A stretch of 64,000 nucleotides of DNA from Ophelia neglecta (Eukaryota): contig OZ260667.1 in assembly GCA_965285935.1 (NCBI GenBank), positions 34,720,001 to 34,784,000 of the forward strand, written 5' to 3'. Both the position numbers and the translations under genes were made by a program. A model generated the notes under the pieces. The model had not been told where the DNA came from. It did not search any database and worked only from the letters and a program-made list of their open reading frames with translations. This document shows, piece by piece, positions 1 through 12,830 of this stretch (positions are counted from its first letter, which is position 1; each line of letters starts with the position of its first letter).

Positions 1-33
1 TCAGTACTATATGGTGATCGTCCTAAATATTTT

Positions 34-1574
34 CTATGCAAATAGATTTCTTATTTTCATCGCTTTACGTAAATACAATCCCAAATTATTTAGAGTCCTA
101 GAGTTTTCAGAGTTTAATATTTCCACTACTGCTTCGACAGTGTTAGTGACATAATAGTATTCTGAAATATATCTCTGTCTTAAAGCATTATAATTGTCAC
201 ACTCAAATAAAAAATGGCGTTCGTCCTCGACAATGTCCGTACAGGTAGGACACACACGACGCTGCCATGGTGTATCATTCCAACTAACAACTTCATTGGA
301 GAGACTGTGACTACGGAGTCTAAACGCAGCAATCGCACGGATATTGGCCTCGTCATACAAGTTAGAAATATACCATGGTTTATCACCATTTATATCAGTG
401 ACAGTTTCTCATAGAGAATTGTTTTGCTGGAGTCACATGCAGTTAAAAAATCTCTGTTTGTCAAATCACCAAGCTTTGTCTTTACAATAGCCTTAAAACT
501 GTTAATATTGTCCACACTTTGTGCTACCCAATAGTCACTGAGTCCTAATTTGTGAAACCAGCTGCGGACGCTCCTACACCATCCTGGGTTAACCTCACGC
601 ACGGCACTAGGGTATACATTTCGAGAGAGTTTATCTATAGCTGGACAAACTAATGTAGCCCAAAAATTAAGCATGCGGGCAGCAACCGTGTTCATGACAC
701 TCATTTGACAGAGCTCTGCCCTGAGCATGCAAAGTTTTGTACCCTTCTTCCCTCTGAGCAGACTTCGAAAGTAATTGTTCTGGAAGACTTCAATATCATG
801 TAGATTGGTTTCTCCCCATAACTCAGAGCCATAAAGTAATACACTTTCCACTAAAGATTCGTACAGCTTTAACTGTTCACTGAATGGCAGAGAAAGGTTA
901 TAAATTCTGGATTTGAAAGCGCCTAGGGCACGAGATGCCTTGGCTATCCGGTTACGAGTATTGACAGACCACTTCCCATCATAGTGTACAGTGAAACCCA
1001 GGTAGTCAACCTCGTTTGCACATTCAACTATATCCCCGCGATAATAGAACACATTATGGTCCTTAACGGCAGTGTTTCTGAAGACGACTATCTTTGTTTT
1101 TCCGGTGTTGATTTGTAAGTTCCACTGTGAACAGTAATCGGACATTCTGTTCAAAGCACATTGCAGTTCGGCAGGGGATCGGCCAATAAAAGTACAATCG
1201 TCCGCGTATAGGAGGAGTGCCAGGGAGAGTTCATCCCATGTGAGTCCTCCATCCCTCAGAGCACCGGCAATACGCGGTCCCATGTCATTCACCAAGATAG
1301 CAAACAGAACTGGGCTCAGACATTCCCCTTGGAGTAGTCCGAGTGCGCACATGAAACCGCTGTCCGTTGTTTGGCCGTGTAACCGTATCACAGATTTAAC
1401 AGATACATAGATAGAGCGAAGTAATTTCAGGAATTTTCCTCTGACACCGTTACAATAAAGCTTATAGCACACATTGTCACGCTGTACTCTATCGAATGCT
1501 TTACTAAAATCGATAAATGCACAGTAAAGTTTCTTCTTAACACTCAAGTATCTTTTAATCAGCATTTGTAAAAT
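34..1574 (-). pseudogene. RT core and C-terminal Zn-finger of LINE ORF2 (frameshifted)
   Basis: ORFs 390..1565 and 34..360 carry the YADD, QGxxLSP and RVCPTC..EDERHFLFEC motifs. Confidence 0.9.
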
Positions 1575-4500
1575 AACTAGATAGAACTCGATGTGGATAG
1601 AAGTCGACTTAAACAGTTGAGCGACGCCTAGCGGCGTCGCGTGGATGCCTCCGCCAAGAGTAAACCAGCGGACAAAATTTCAGGGAGAATTTGTCAGAAG
1701 CAGACTCACCTCAGAAATGGGGAGCGAAAGTGAAGTGATGGACATTGCATGTTGCACTGTAGATTTTTTTTTAAAGTACAAAATGTGGATGTTGCAAAGG
1801 AGTTTTTTATACAGAGCATGGGATGCATTGCCATGATGCATTGCCATGATCACAAGTAGGGAAAGTGAAGGAGGCAAGTCGGCTTGAAGTATTGACACAT
1901 TTATTGAGTAACATAGTATAAAAGGTGGCACAAAATGGCTTACAGGTGAGAGTTGAAAGAAATTAAACAAATGTAGTAAAGCACAAAGTATCGAAACATT
2001 TATTGAGAGGCATTGCATAAAAGGTGACATAAAATGGTTTACAGGTGTGAAGTTGAAAGAAACTAACGAGATGTAGTAAAGAACAGTTTTTTTAATGATA
2101 AATACGCTTGGAAACACTGCAATTTAGTGCAAGATACAGCCGAAAAGTGGTCAGAAAGTACACTATGACAGAAGTAATACAAGGTAAGAGATCAATTAGA
2201 AAATAATAAAAGCAATATTTCAAAAGGGGAATTTCAGCATCAAACAGCAGGTCCTTGGCAAATTAAGCGGACATCATCAAGGCAGATCTCTGGAAAGAAA
2301 GAAAAAAGAAATGTAAAAAAAGCGTGTTCAGTAAAAATAAGAGTTGAAAGAGGATGGCAATGTAAGGTGAAGAGGGAAGATAAGAGAAGTCGTAGGTAAG
2401 GTGACGTTATGGGTGAAAAAGTTGAAGGCAAAATGTAAAATAAAACATGCAAGGTGTCCGGCATGAGAAGTATTGAAGGAAGAGATCAAGTACTTACTCT
2501 TGGCCTTCCTGACTGAGGAACAGAACCTCTTCCTCCATTCTAAGTGCCCTGATGTCCTCTTTGAGGGAGTTATTCTCAATGGAGAGGCGACAATTTTCAT
2601 TTTTAAGGGCTGACAATTCTGCATGCAACCCAGAGGCCTCGACCTTGATAGTATTGAGTTGGTCAATAAGTTTATTTAGTTCACGCAGTTTTGCTCTTGT
2701 CAGTGGTAGCTCCTGGGTGACAGCAGTTTTCTCTCCATGGGCTGTCCACAGGTTTATGGAGATAACACTTTTGTCCAACTCATGTGTGATGTGGACAAGG
2801 TGTCCAATAACGCTCTGCACCTTACAATGGACTGGTATTTTGTTGATAGCTGAAAGGAAGGAAAGTGTTAGAGGGAAGCCATTGTAAAGGTTTATCGGTA
2901 AATCGTGTTTGAAAGCAGCAAAGAATTAATTGTTGTTGAAAAACTGCATGCATCGCAGAAGGTGGAAAATGTCTGAAATGCAGTTGAAAATATCTGAAAT
3001 GTTGGTGTTAAATGACCATATTTACATATTCCTGGAGTACGAAGGTAAGTGCACCAAACACTGATTGAAAGATTATTGGGAGCGCGCATTGTATGTTTGC
3101 ATGAAAGATTTGAAGCAAGTAGCAGATAAAGAAGAAGGATCATTCGTATGCTATTTGTTTAACAGTGTAAGCAGTACTCACTTTGAGGCACATGACGAGG
3201 GTTGGGTGTGGCAGCAGCTGCCTGACCTTCTGACCTATAATTGTGAAAAAGGAAGAAAAACAATGAGAATTGATTAGAGGAGTAAGGGGAATGAGCTGAA
3301 AGGAATTGCAGGAAGGCAAAGTTGAAAGAGGGGGGAAAAAACCATTGTTGGGAGGGCAGTGAGAAAATTTAGTGGATAATGAAGCGGAGGACACATTACA
3401 TTATTGCGCTGAGAAATGGCTGTATGTACAATGAAAAAGCAAATCAATAAGGATGATGCAGGGCAGTGGGCTAATGTGTGGGGCAGACCTGGGGCAATTA
3501 CATGGTAATAATAAATAATCACCATTATGATTAATATGCTAATGTGTGGGGCAGACCTTGGGCAATTACACGGTTAAAATAATTAATCACCACTAGGATT
3601 AGTTTGGAAAAAACCTAATTAGTTACCATCACCATTACGTTTTTTCAGGGATCTCAGTTACCATCAGCATTACTTTGCCAAATAATTAATAAGCACCACT
3701 AAGTACTTTCTAGACTCAAGGAAATAGAGGTGACCACACTTAAAATTCATATTGTGAATATAGGAAGTTAAAACATGATCATTGTTCCATGATCAATGAT
3801 GGAGGCGGCAATTAGCTCCACTATTAAGTTTTACTGAACACTGCAACCAACCCCCCCCCCCCCTCCCCTCCGCAATCTGCAATTAACTGCTTAGTGCATT
3901 CATTTCAGGATAAAGATTTGCATCACACCTCCATTGCAATGAGCTTTCAGTGTCAGTTTTCGAAAGCAATCAAACACTGTGATGTGGTTCAGATGGCAAT
4001 TCTAACCCAAGTTGAAACAAAAGGTTTTACTCTCTAAACAGATTATGGCCTTATGTGATTGTTAATATTAGTCACAGAGGCAATAGAAATCAATTAATTT
4101 GGCCACAGTAGAGGCGAGGTGAACAAACAGTGGAGACAATTTATGTTTTGAACGCTGCATACATAAAGTCAGTGATTCACAAAAGAGACTTAAGAGTAAA
4201 AATAATTAATAACCAGTAGCATCAGCTGTGAAAGACGGAAATTAGTCACCACCACCACCTATGTTTTTGTTGCAGGGTTGACAATAGCCAAATGACTCTA
4301 TCAAATAACTAATGACCATTCGTAATTAGTTTAAACACTAAATAAAATAGAGGTAACCACATAGAAAGATAGTGTCATCAAGGCAGGCAGCCAATTAATT
4401 GGCTAATATTGCCTTACGGCTTCATAGCTGGGAGCATTTACTGCCGGGTTTGAATTGTCAGCGAACTAACCCCAGGAACAAATGCCGACCTAAACCCATG

Positions 4501-6306
4501 GCAAAACAGAACATTCCCCTCTTAAAACAGAGAACGGCATTATGTGTTTGTCGATGATAGCAACGAAGACAACAGAAAGCAATGAAGACAGCCATGGCTG
4601 AGGCAAGGTGAATAAACAGGGAAGACAATGCATGTGTCAAATGGTGCTCGCTTAAAATCTGCATTGACAGGAAGGTGAAAAATTGAGATGCTGAAGATCT
4701 ATGTCTGAAGAAAGTGCAAAGAAAGAGTGAACCAAGAAATCATCAAAAAGATAAATTGAGACTTTCACCCAATAGTAACAAAAAAAATCACCATGTCATT
4801 CAAAGAAGTAATTAATTGCAAACATAAGCAATAAGTAATGCCAATTATCCCAGGTCTGGTAAGGGGGTACAAAATTATCTTAAGGATGTGTACCAGAGCT
4901 GTGTTTGAATAACTTGGTGGGAGCACAGTGCACCAGGCACCATTTCAGCACCCCTGGAAATAGAGGCTGCCTGTTGTTGATGGCGGGGAGTTTCGGTGCA
5001 GCTGGGAAGACAGGAAACCACCAGATAAGGAATTATTTAGACAATTAACTTGAACAACAGTGTCACAAATGTGTATATGCAGCAGGAATTTTGTAAGTGA
5101 TCGATTTGGGCGATGGGGGCGAAGGTATTGAGAACCATGTCAAAGTACGATAGATGTAGGAAATATTTAATATTAGGGGGGCCATGAAATAGCTTACGTA
5201 AGGCAGATTTGGCAGCCAGCCAAAAGTCCAGGTGTCATGGCCGCCGCCACAAAGCATGTGTCAACAACTTTTGAGAGTCGGTGTAGGTCACAATAAAGGA
5301 GCCCGTAATATTGAAACACGTTTATTCTGAATAAACAGGTAAATAGTACACTTGAGTGAAACTTCTGATAAGCGTAGGTAATCGACTGTCCATCGACGTA
5401 ACGTCCAAACAATCTCCAACAAGTTAAACGGTAAACGCCTAACGCTAAACGGTTCAATCTGAAACCAACAAAAATGGCGCACTGAATATTGACATTTCAC
5501 AAATTTAACGCTGACTTTTGACTCGAAATTATCAGACACTTGACAACTGAACAATATAAATCTATTACAAACATTTTCTATGATTATTCCAAAAATGACT
5601 TACAATATTGGGCCTTCCTGACATTGACGATAATAAAGAAATTTCGGTGACAAATGACGTGACAACTTTGACTTGGCTCCCTTCGCCATGTAAATTCACT
5701 GACTGACTGGCCTCCCCCCCCCCCCCCAGGAGATGAAATGATCCTCTGCTAGACATAACAAACTTCTATGAAGCCACAAGTGTATTTCTCAAAGCCCTGA
5801 AGAGTTTCAGCGATTCAATATGCCTATCTCTCATTGTTAAGATTTGACCTTGAAAAATAAAACCAAGGTGAAATTCAAGGTCACCACTGGATTCCTTGTA
5901 TATGATTTCCTATTAGTGTTCAATACATAATATGTGCCTATCTCACCCCGTTAAGCTTCCACAAGACCCCCCGTTAATGCATTTTTTAATTATTGCCCTG
6001 GCGGCCATCTTGTTTTTACGATCTCGCCCAAAACCTTTTCAGCACACCGCAATCTCCCATTTATGACTTCTGTGAAGTTTCGGAATAATCCTTGCATCCG
6101 TTCGAGAGATTTCGCCCGACATACGAACCTTACCTGATGAGACGTGGCGGCCATCTTGTTTTTCTGATCCGTCCGAAAACAATATGAAATGATCCTCTGC
6201 TAGACACACAGGACGGTCGGACGGTCGGTCGGTCGGTCGGTCGGTCGGACGGTCGGACGGACAACCCGACTACATAATGCCTCCGGACCCTTCGGGGCGG
6301 AGGCAT
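1575..6306 (-). mobile_element. Non-autonomous Helentron-type element (HINE/DINE-1-like), about 4.7 kb, inserted at TT inside the LINE RT
   Basis: 5' end on the minus strand: subTIR ATGCCTCCGCC (6296-6306), its inverted copy (6277-6285), then a (GTCC/GACC)n microsatellite (6211-6261). 3' end: subTIR copy (1645-1655), hairpin GCGACGCC-TAGC-GGCGTCGC (1621-1640) and terminal CTAGTT. Removing the element restores the host codons exactly. Confidence 0.85.
2277..3234 (-). CDS. Putative spliced cargo gene inside the HINE (3' exons); coiled-coil protein of unknown family
   Basis: Phase-compatible exons: 3234-3182 (pyrimidine tract-TAG / GTGAGT), 2849-2498 (CTAAC branch point plus TTCCTTTCAG / GTAAGT; 352 nt open) and 2289-2277 (TTTCTTTCCAG; ends EDLP-stop). 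Heptad-like segment LRELNKLIDQL..LSALKNENCRLSIENNSLKEDIRAL. Confidence 0.5.
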
Positions 6307-8210
6307 AAAAACATTGTCAGTTGTGGAATGGAGTTTCCGGAATCCAGCCTGTCCCGGGTACCAAAAGCGCTCAACATCAGCCCATTTACTAAGTCTGTTA
6401 TTCAGGATCCTGGTGAGTAACTTTCCCACAACACTCAGCAAGGTTATACCACGGTAGTTATCAGGACAGTTCCGGTTTCCCTTCTTGTGGAGAGGTACGA
6501 TCACGCCTGTTGCCCACGAGGTTGGAAAGCTACCTTTATCTAGAATGTCATTGAATAAAACCAACAGCATTTGTCTGATGCACGGGACGTATTTGATAAG
6601 TTCATTCGACCACATGTCGTCTCCACACGATTTACCATTTTTTAGTTGCCGGATGCTTGTATTGACTTCTTCCAGCGATATAGGAATGTCTAATTGGGGA
6701 TACAACGTGTCGCCAACATCATTATCAGACATACTGGTAAAATCTTTCACTTCATCACAGGCTTCGAAAGGCTGCATGTCAGGTGGATTATTCACATTGG
6801 AGAAATGTGCACAGAACTCATCAGCGGTTACATCAGTCCGCAATGGTTTTTGAAATGGCTTGATAGCATTCCATAATAACTTAGAGTTCACAGTTTTCAG
6901 TCTCATAATTCTTCTAGATCTTTCGAATCTGTAAAGTTTTCACAGCGTTTTTTATGGCTGTCATACTGACGGGAGATTCGTTTGTGCATGGCTTTAAGTA
7001 TGACAGAATCACCATTGGCATTTATCAATCTTAGAGCCCTCAGAGAGTCTGTTCGCATTTGCTTGCATTCACTACACATCCAGGGCGGTAACTGGTTAGG
7101 TTTAACGTCAACTGCTCCGTGTTTGTTAACATACTTGACCTTACCAATACAAGGAAATACCATGTCAGTGACACTCTTTGTAAATGTTTCAGCTTTTGAT
7201 TCAGGAGTGGTGCATTGGTTGTTAACTATTGCCCACAACTGCTCAGCATTAGCGTTGACAATGTCACGTACTTGATCACTTTTCTCTGGATCCCATACAA
7301 CAGTGCGTTTTTCTACCTTTTCTCCACGCTGAAACTGCGGCCCAGTGGTCACCAGAGACGTCGATAGTGAACGATCGTCCGAAAAAAGGGTAGATTTATT
7401 TATACTGAAGTCAGATACTTTGGCTATACTGTGCTTAGATACCAGACCGTAGTCGATACAAGTGAAACTGTTCCCGTTGTCATATGTGTGAGAACCAGAA
7501 TTGTCCAATGAGCCGATTCTGCCATTAGCGATGAGCAGATCAGCAGCAATGCAGAACGCAGCAAGTTCCTTTCCCTCATTATTTGTTTGCATGTCAGCTG
7601 ATGCCCGTGGCCAATGTTCATCAAAAATAATGCTGTTCGGTAATCCCTCGGATGGGTGCACGGAACTTGTCAACTGGTCAGAATATGGTCCAACCCTGGC
7701 ATTGAAATCACCAACAAGATAAAAGTCTCTGTCGGCTCCGTGAATGTTTCTCAGTGTATTTATGTCACTTAATAGCATGCCATACAGCCCAATGCAGCTA
7801 TCAGAGTGGGTTGATCCAGTCGGAGTACGATATAACACACAAATGAACCACTTTATTTTGCTTCTCTTATCCTCGTACTTAAGCCAGGCGTACACATCTT
7901 TATGGTGCTTATAAACATGAACATGGTCTGAGATACTGTCTTTCACATAGATACTGAGACCTCCAGAGTTTCTCCATGCTCTATGGTTAATGGTTTCTCG
8001 ATCAAAGTTAATGTTAGTAAAGCCTTTGACATCGCGGTTCTGTTCTAAACACCCCCATGTTTCACAAAAGAAAGTTATATCATGGTTTTTGAGTACTTGC
8101 TTTACCTCAGGATGTAATAGTTTGTTATTGTTTTTAGACGCAAGACCTCTGATATTCCACGCACACACTGTAATGGAACCTGGGAGGGATGAGCGTGTCC
8201 TTGTTGTGTC
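6307..8210 (-). pseudogene. LINE ORF2 N-part: APE endonuclease, linker and RT N-terminus
   Basis: ORFs 6903..8168 and 6130..6906 carry APE motifs plus LKNGKSCGDD and NYRGITLLS. The PPRRVRR.. tail of the second ORF is read-through into the HINE. Confidence 0.9.
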
Positions 8211-9515
8211 CTATAGAAGTGATTGAGAAAGTTCATCATCGCTGTCCACTATGTTTTGTAAGTTGAACTGGCCAAACCCACCGTGTGGGTTGTGTTGGGG
8301 GGTTTGTCGCGAGTTGTAACCAGGGTCATGCTCCAGTTGTCCCCGACCGCGTCCACCACAATCTGGGGTTCCGCGAAGGTAAACACCATCTCTTACTTCA
8401 CCATTAGCTCCACGACCAACACTGAATGGGACCTGGATTGATTGTCCTGCCGCCTGGTTCTCAGCAGTTCGGCCCAAGTCAGCTGTTGTGGGATCCTGTG
8501 TGGCATCGGGGTCCATCAGTATCTGATCTCCTACCTCGACACCTTCAGCCTCGTTGCCATCATTCGCGGATGCTTCGGTGGTCATTCTGGAATTTTCGGC
8601 TCGTAAATCTAAGGCTGCTCGGGGATCTTGTTCCTGAGATGACCGGCGGGTCGAGACAGTACGATTCGCGTAGTTCATTCTCCTGGCCTCTGCTCTAGCA
8701 GCTTTTTCTTGTTCAGCCTTAATCATTACATCACGCAAAGTTGGGTACTCCTCAAATAGGTCTTGGAACTTCTCCTCTGACACATCATGGTCTATAAGCA
8801 ATTTGGAGTCTCGACGAAAACCAGGCGCGTAATCTCTCTTAATGACCTTTCTAGATTCGGATTCATTACCCTCCCAGACCTCGAGTCTTGCTGGGAAGCC
8901 CACTCTTGCGTGTTTCCCAATGCGTCAGAGGGCGTTTACCACTGGTAGTAGGACTGCTCTAGCCCCTTGCAGCTTTATACAAGCTTTCACTCCGTCTTCA
9001 TTTGGGAAATCAACAAGCAACCCTCTGGTTCTCCCTGGAGTGATCTTACCGAGCCTGTACATATCAACGAATTTCATGGTCTGTAGCACCTCCCACTTAA
9101 AACCTAGTGTGTATTGTAGGTAGCTTTTCAGGTTCTTTAATTCGTCCTGTCTATCTCTTCCTTCTCTCACACCATAAAGAATGACGTGACTCTTTCTCGC
9201 CTCTATCTCTCGGTGTAAGTCGCGCTCCTCCAGCTGACGGATTGCTTTGCGATGTAGTTGTACTGTGAGTCCAATGTCATTAACAGAATCGGTTACTTTG
9301 TCCAAGTCCTCACGAAGGGATTCAGCATCCAGCTCAGTTAGGGTGACGAGCTTGTCACGGTGCTGTTGCCATTCACGATGAGTCATGATGCATGGCTGTA
9401 TTACTTTATTGTTCGCTTCAACGACGGTGACACGCGCAGTGAGATCGTTGAGTGCCCTTTCGTGATCAGATATCTTCTCAAAAAGATAGTTTAATTTGTC
9501 GTCCAGTATTGAAAC
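8211..9515 (-). pseudogene. LINE ORF1 (coiled coil, L1-ORF1-like RRM, disordered tail) with one in-frame TGA
   Basis: ORFs 8925..9386 and 8211..8903 are in the same frame, separated by TGA at 8925-8927. Motifs: LEERDLHREIEARKSHVILYGVRE and MYRLGK..RTRGLLVDF. Confidence 0.75.
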
Positions 9516-9737
9516 CTAGAGTAATGTATGACAGAAATTAATTGCATATGGACTGATCTTCATTTGTGGTAGGCTTACATAATGTATGTATGTTAATGTG
9601 CCCGTATTTACGTGCTCAGGTACGATTTTGCCTTTCAAAATCATTCGGCACGAGCTACAGGTCTCAATTCTTGCCCGATCACCTTCAGATTTGCACACTA
9701 TATGTGTGGTCGGAGTCCACATAAGTGTGTAATTTTT

Positions 9738-10205
9738 GGTGATTGTACCTAACGGAAGTCGCGAGTAATCTGAGAAAATACGTTTTTGAGGGACCGGTTG
9801 GCCCGAATCGCGATGAGTGGTCGCACAGGAAAATCGCAGGTGCCGTTCTGTCAGATACAAAAAAGTCAAAAAACGCATTAGAGGTGGTTTGGTTGCTTCC
9901 GTTTGGCGCTCAGAAGTTTCAACTCTCCTGGCCCGTATCTCGCTTAATAATAGAGTTAGATACTTGATTTTTTTTAACCGATTCTTTTGGACCCTCCTTT
10001 CGTTTGGTCATATCTCAAAAACTAAGCTTCTAAGCGCCAAACAGACGAAACCTGACCACTCCTAAGCGTTTTTTGACTTTTTTGTACCTGACAGAATGGC
10101 ACCTGCGATTTTCCTGTGCGACGGCTCATCGCGATTTGGAGCCAACCTGTCCCTCAAAAACGCATTTTCTCAGATTACTCGCGACTTCCGGTAGGTACAA
10201 TCACC
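9738..10205. repeat. Long imperfect inverted repeat (arms about 180 bp), foldback/MITE-like
   Basis: GGTGATTGTACCTAACGGAAGTCGCGAGTAATCTGAGAAAA.. (from 9738) mirrors ..TTTTCTCAGATTACTCGCGACTTCCGGTAGGTACAATCACC (to 10205). Confidence 0.85.
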
Positions 10206-10270
10206 GCAAAATAGAGATGAAACATGGTTGATTCAGGTACTTTAAGAGTGATTTTTTAAATCGTTTTTTG

Positions 10271-10923
10271 AATAAGGAACTGGGGATTCGAACTAGGAAC
10301 TGGCCATTTCCTAGTTCCTATAGTTCCTAGTTCCTAGTTCGACTTTGTGTTTTCAATGTGCAAATAATGGTGAAAAATCGCGTTGTCTTTGGGTCTAATG
10401 ACCTGGTAGGTATACCAGGAAAGATAAGTCATCATTAGAAGCTACTGGAAGTTGCCTGGAATTCTTAAAATGGATATTTACTTACTCTCGGCGATTAATG
10501 AAAAGTGAATCTGTTAAGTGCCATTTCCTAATTCATGGTGGGCCAGAAAATTTTGCCACGGGTACTTGTGTTTTATATGCGTTTCACGCTCCCAGGATCA
10601 TTTCTAGATGGCCAATTTTGCATGTTTTTTCCCGAAAAGTTTATACCCCCTCCGACCTCTTGGCCTTCCCTGCGGCGCCCGGTAGGCCAACTCGGCTGGC
10701 GGCCTCTTTCCCCTCAACTTTCAATGGGCGAAAAAGGGCCAAAAACCGCCGGATTTTGATTCTTTTTGGGCAGAAATGATCACTAGGGGTCATAAAGAGT
10801 GATATTGTGTGCTTAGATCTAGGTTGGTAGGTTTATTTCGAATAAGGAACTAGGAACTGGAATTAGGAAATGGCTTGAGTTTCATTTCCTAATTCGAACT
10901 AGGAACTAGGAACTAGGAACTAG
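10271..10923. repeat. Clusters of the heptamer GGAACTA/TAGTTCC flanking a ~500-bp core; probable non-autonomous DNA transposon remnant
   Basis: GAATAAGGAACT.. and (CTAGTTC)n at 10271-10340; GAATAAGGAACTAGG..(GAACTAG)n at 10840-10923. Confidence 0.55.
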
Positions 10924-12758
10924 TAAATCACTTGAGTCTGCTCGAAATCGAAACATATTGAACATTGCATTTCAATACAAGAGAGACCTGGGGAATTAGT
11001 TCAACCATATGCCAATATAATATTAATAAGCTGGCAGCGTCTGCAGATCTTTGAATGCTGGTATATAATGTATGTACCATTGTTCAATATGCGGTCGATT
11101 CGTGATTGCTTAACCCTCCAACCGTGACGCCCGGCGTCCCGCGGACCCTATGTTTACTCTACAGGGAGGACAATATTTTCTGGCCGGGTCTATTCAATAT
11201 ATGTGTGTTAAGGGTCAAAATAAAGCATGTGAAACGTTGTTAAATTTTCCCTGATTTCATACCGTATTCCCAAAAAATAATGTTCAGTGATAAAGTCCCG
11301 CTGTTTTGGTTATTACTGTAGACCCACCGTGGCCATCCTAGAGCGGTGCTACGGTCACCGACGGAAGACGATCGTGGCGTCCCGAGGAATAACGTACCAC
11401 CACCGTGGCAAACCGTGGCAGTTCATAAGAACTATCATTGGTTATTGTTTGCCATTCCCGTTCCACTATGAAGATTACCAGTAGAAAATTTTAATTTGCA
11501 TCCTACATCCAGAGGGTCATTAAATATGGAACACGCTGTAGGCTAAACCAGGCCAAGAAAACGCCCATCTCTGTCTGTATATATGAACACGACATCCTTG
11601 GTATTATCAGGACAGACAGAACGTCATTGCCATAAGTTAAAACCTTCTATCCTGGTGAGTGACACATGGGGGTAAGTGAGATTGCATATCCAATAATATC
11701 TGTATGCTCTTTGACTACCTGTGACAAGCATCGAATGCACGATGGGCATTCTTGTTCATAGCGTGCGATTTCGAAACTATGATTATAAGGATAAGTCTAA
11801 TTACAGGGATTTGAATTGAACTGTAAATGCCCCAAGGTCTAGAAAATATCGCTCCAAGTAGTATTTTGGTCTGCAGTATTGTCATGTGCAATTAATTAGG
11901 CCTACTGGCTAGGTCTTTAGAACTAGATTTTTGTAGCTAGTATAGCGCATGAGGGGTTCACTTTTACTGGGTATCATATCTGCAAATAAGTATAATATTT
12001 GTAATATGTAACGCAACAGACATATAGAGGGGAATGCGATTTCTACATTATAATTAGGGTATATAGGCGTAATATTATTCAAACAGTTCAGGTTTTACAG
12101 ATCGTCTCTCGACAGACCATACCCGAGTAATTATTGTGGGTAGGGAAGGTGGTGGGTAGGAGGATGGGGGCAGTTATTTGACTTGATTAAAAATGACTCA
12201 CATACCTACACACGTTGAATGTCACGGATGTATGTTAGGCCTAATAAGCTATTGTAAAGATTCATTGTGCGTGTATAAAGTTTCGATTTGTTTGCTTTTA
12301 TATCATTCTGGCTCTAATCTTACTTTAGGGGTTACAACAGATTTTTCAAACAAACGTGAAAAAAATGTTTTCGTATTCAAACGTTTCCTCATCCCCCTTC
12401 CCCACCGCCCCCAGTTATCTCATGATGTGTCCCTAATACGCTAGTGCAGGGGGGGGGGGGTGTGTGTGTGTGTGTGTTAAGGCCATAGTAATAATACTAT
12501 AGCTTTTCAAGGTACATGCTACCTTATCATGTTACTATAGTTACCTAGCTAAACGTTTAATTGCTCCGTGTCTTTGGCCTAAGCCCCGGACGTAAATCAT
12601 GTAGTTACCAAACTGTAGCCTCCATATGTAGACCAAGATCATGGCAAATAACAATTGTAAGGCAAATAAATGATTCAAGGGGAAAAGAATGGAAAATAAC
12701 CTCTTAACCGAACTAGCACATCTTTTAGTTAGGCCTATTCCTCGCCTAGAACCAGACA

Positions 12759-12830
12759 ACCCAGATGGTCTAGTGGTTAGGATCCGGCGCTCTCACCGCC
12801 GTGGCCGGGGTTCGATTCCCCGTCAGTAGG
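12759..12830 (+). tRNA. tRNA-Glu(CTC)-derived sequence, probably a pseudogene (acceptor stem broken)
   Basis: A box TGGTCTAGTGG, anticodon arm CGGCG-CTCTCAC-CGCCG and T arm CGGGG-TTCGATT-CCCCG are intact. The acceptor strands ACCCAGA and TCAGTAG do not pair. Confidence 0.8.

Larger units (their letters stand above)
34..9515 (-). mobile_element. Decayed RTE-X-like non-LTR retrotransposon (ORF1 plus APE-RT-Zn ORF2), split by a 4.7-kb HINE insertion; its 3' tail probably lies outside the window
   Basis: Domains in minus-strand order: ORF1 (9515-8211); APE (CAWNIRGL, FCETW, VGDFNAR, TCIDY); RT N-part (NYRGITLLS, QAGFRK) ending STTDNVF at 6307, resuming in frame as ILQML at 1574; RT core (AFIDFSKAFD, QGECLSPVLF, LLYADD); C-terminal CxxC..EDERHFLFEC. 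Frameshifts near 6905 and 390. The clade is inferred from motif style only. Confidence 0.88.

Noticed and set aside
6130-6306. Arg/Pro-rich C-terminus PPRRVRR..PSDRPTDRPT on the RT ORF
   Set aside because: It is read-through into the HINE terminus and microsatellite, not a protein domain.
9516-9578. 63-nt GTAAGC...TAG intron-like segment that would fuse ORF 9516..9878 to LINE ORF1
   Set aside because: The upstream ORF lies in an unrelated repeat and foldback. A simple 5' truncation of the LINE explains it equally well, and there is no independent support.
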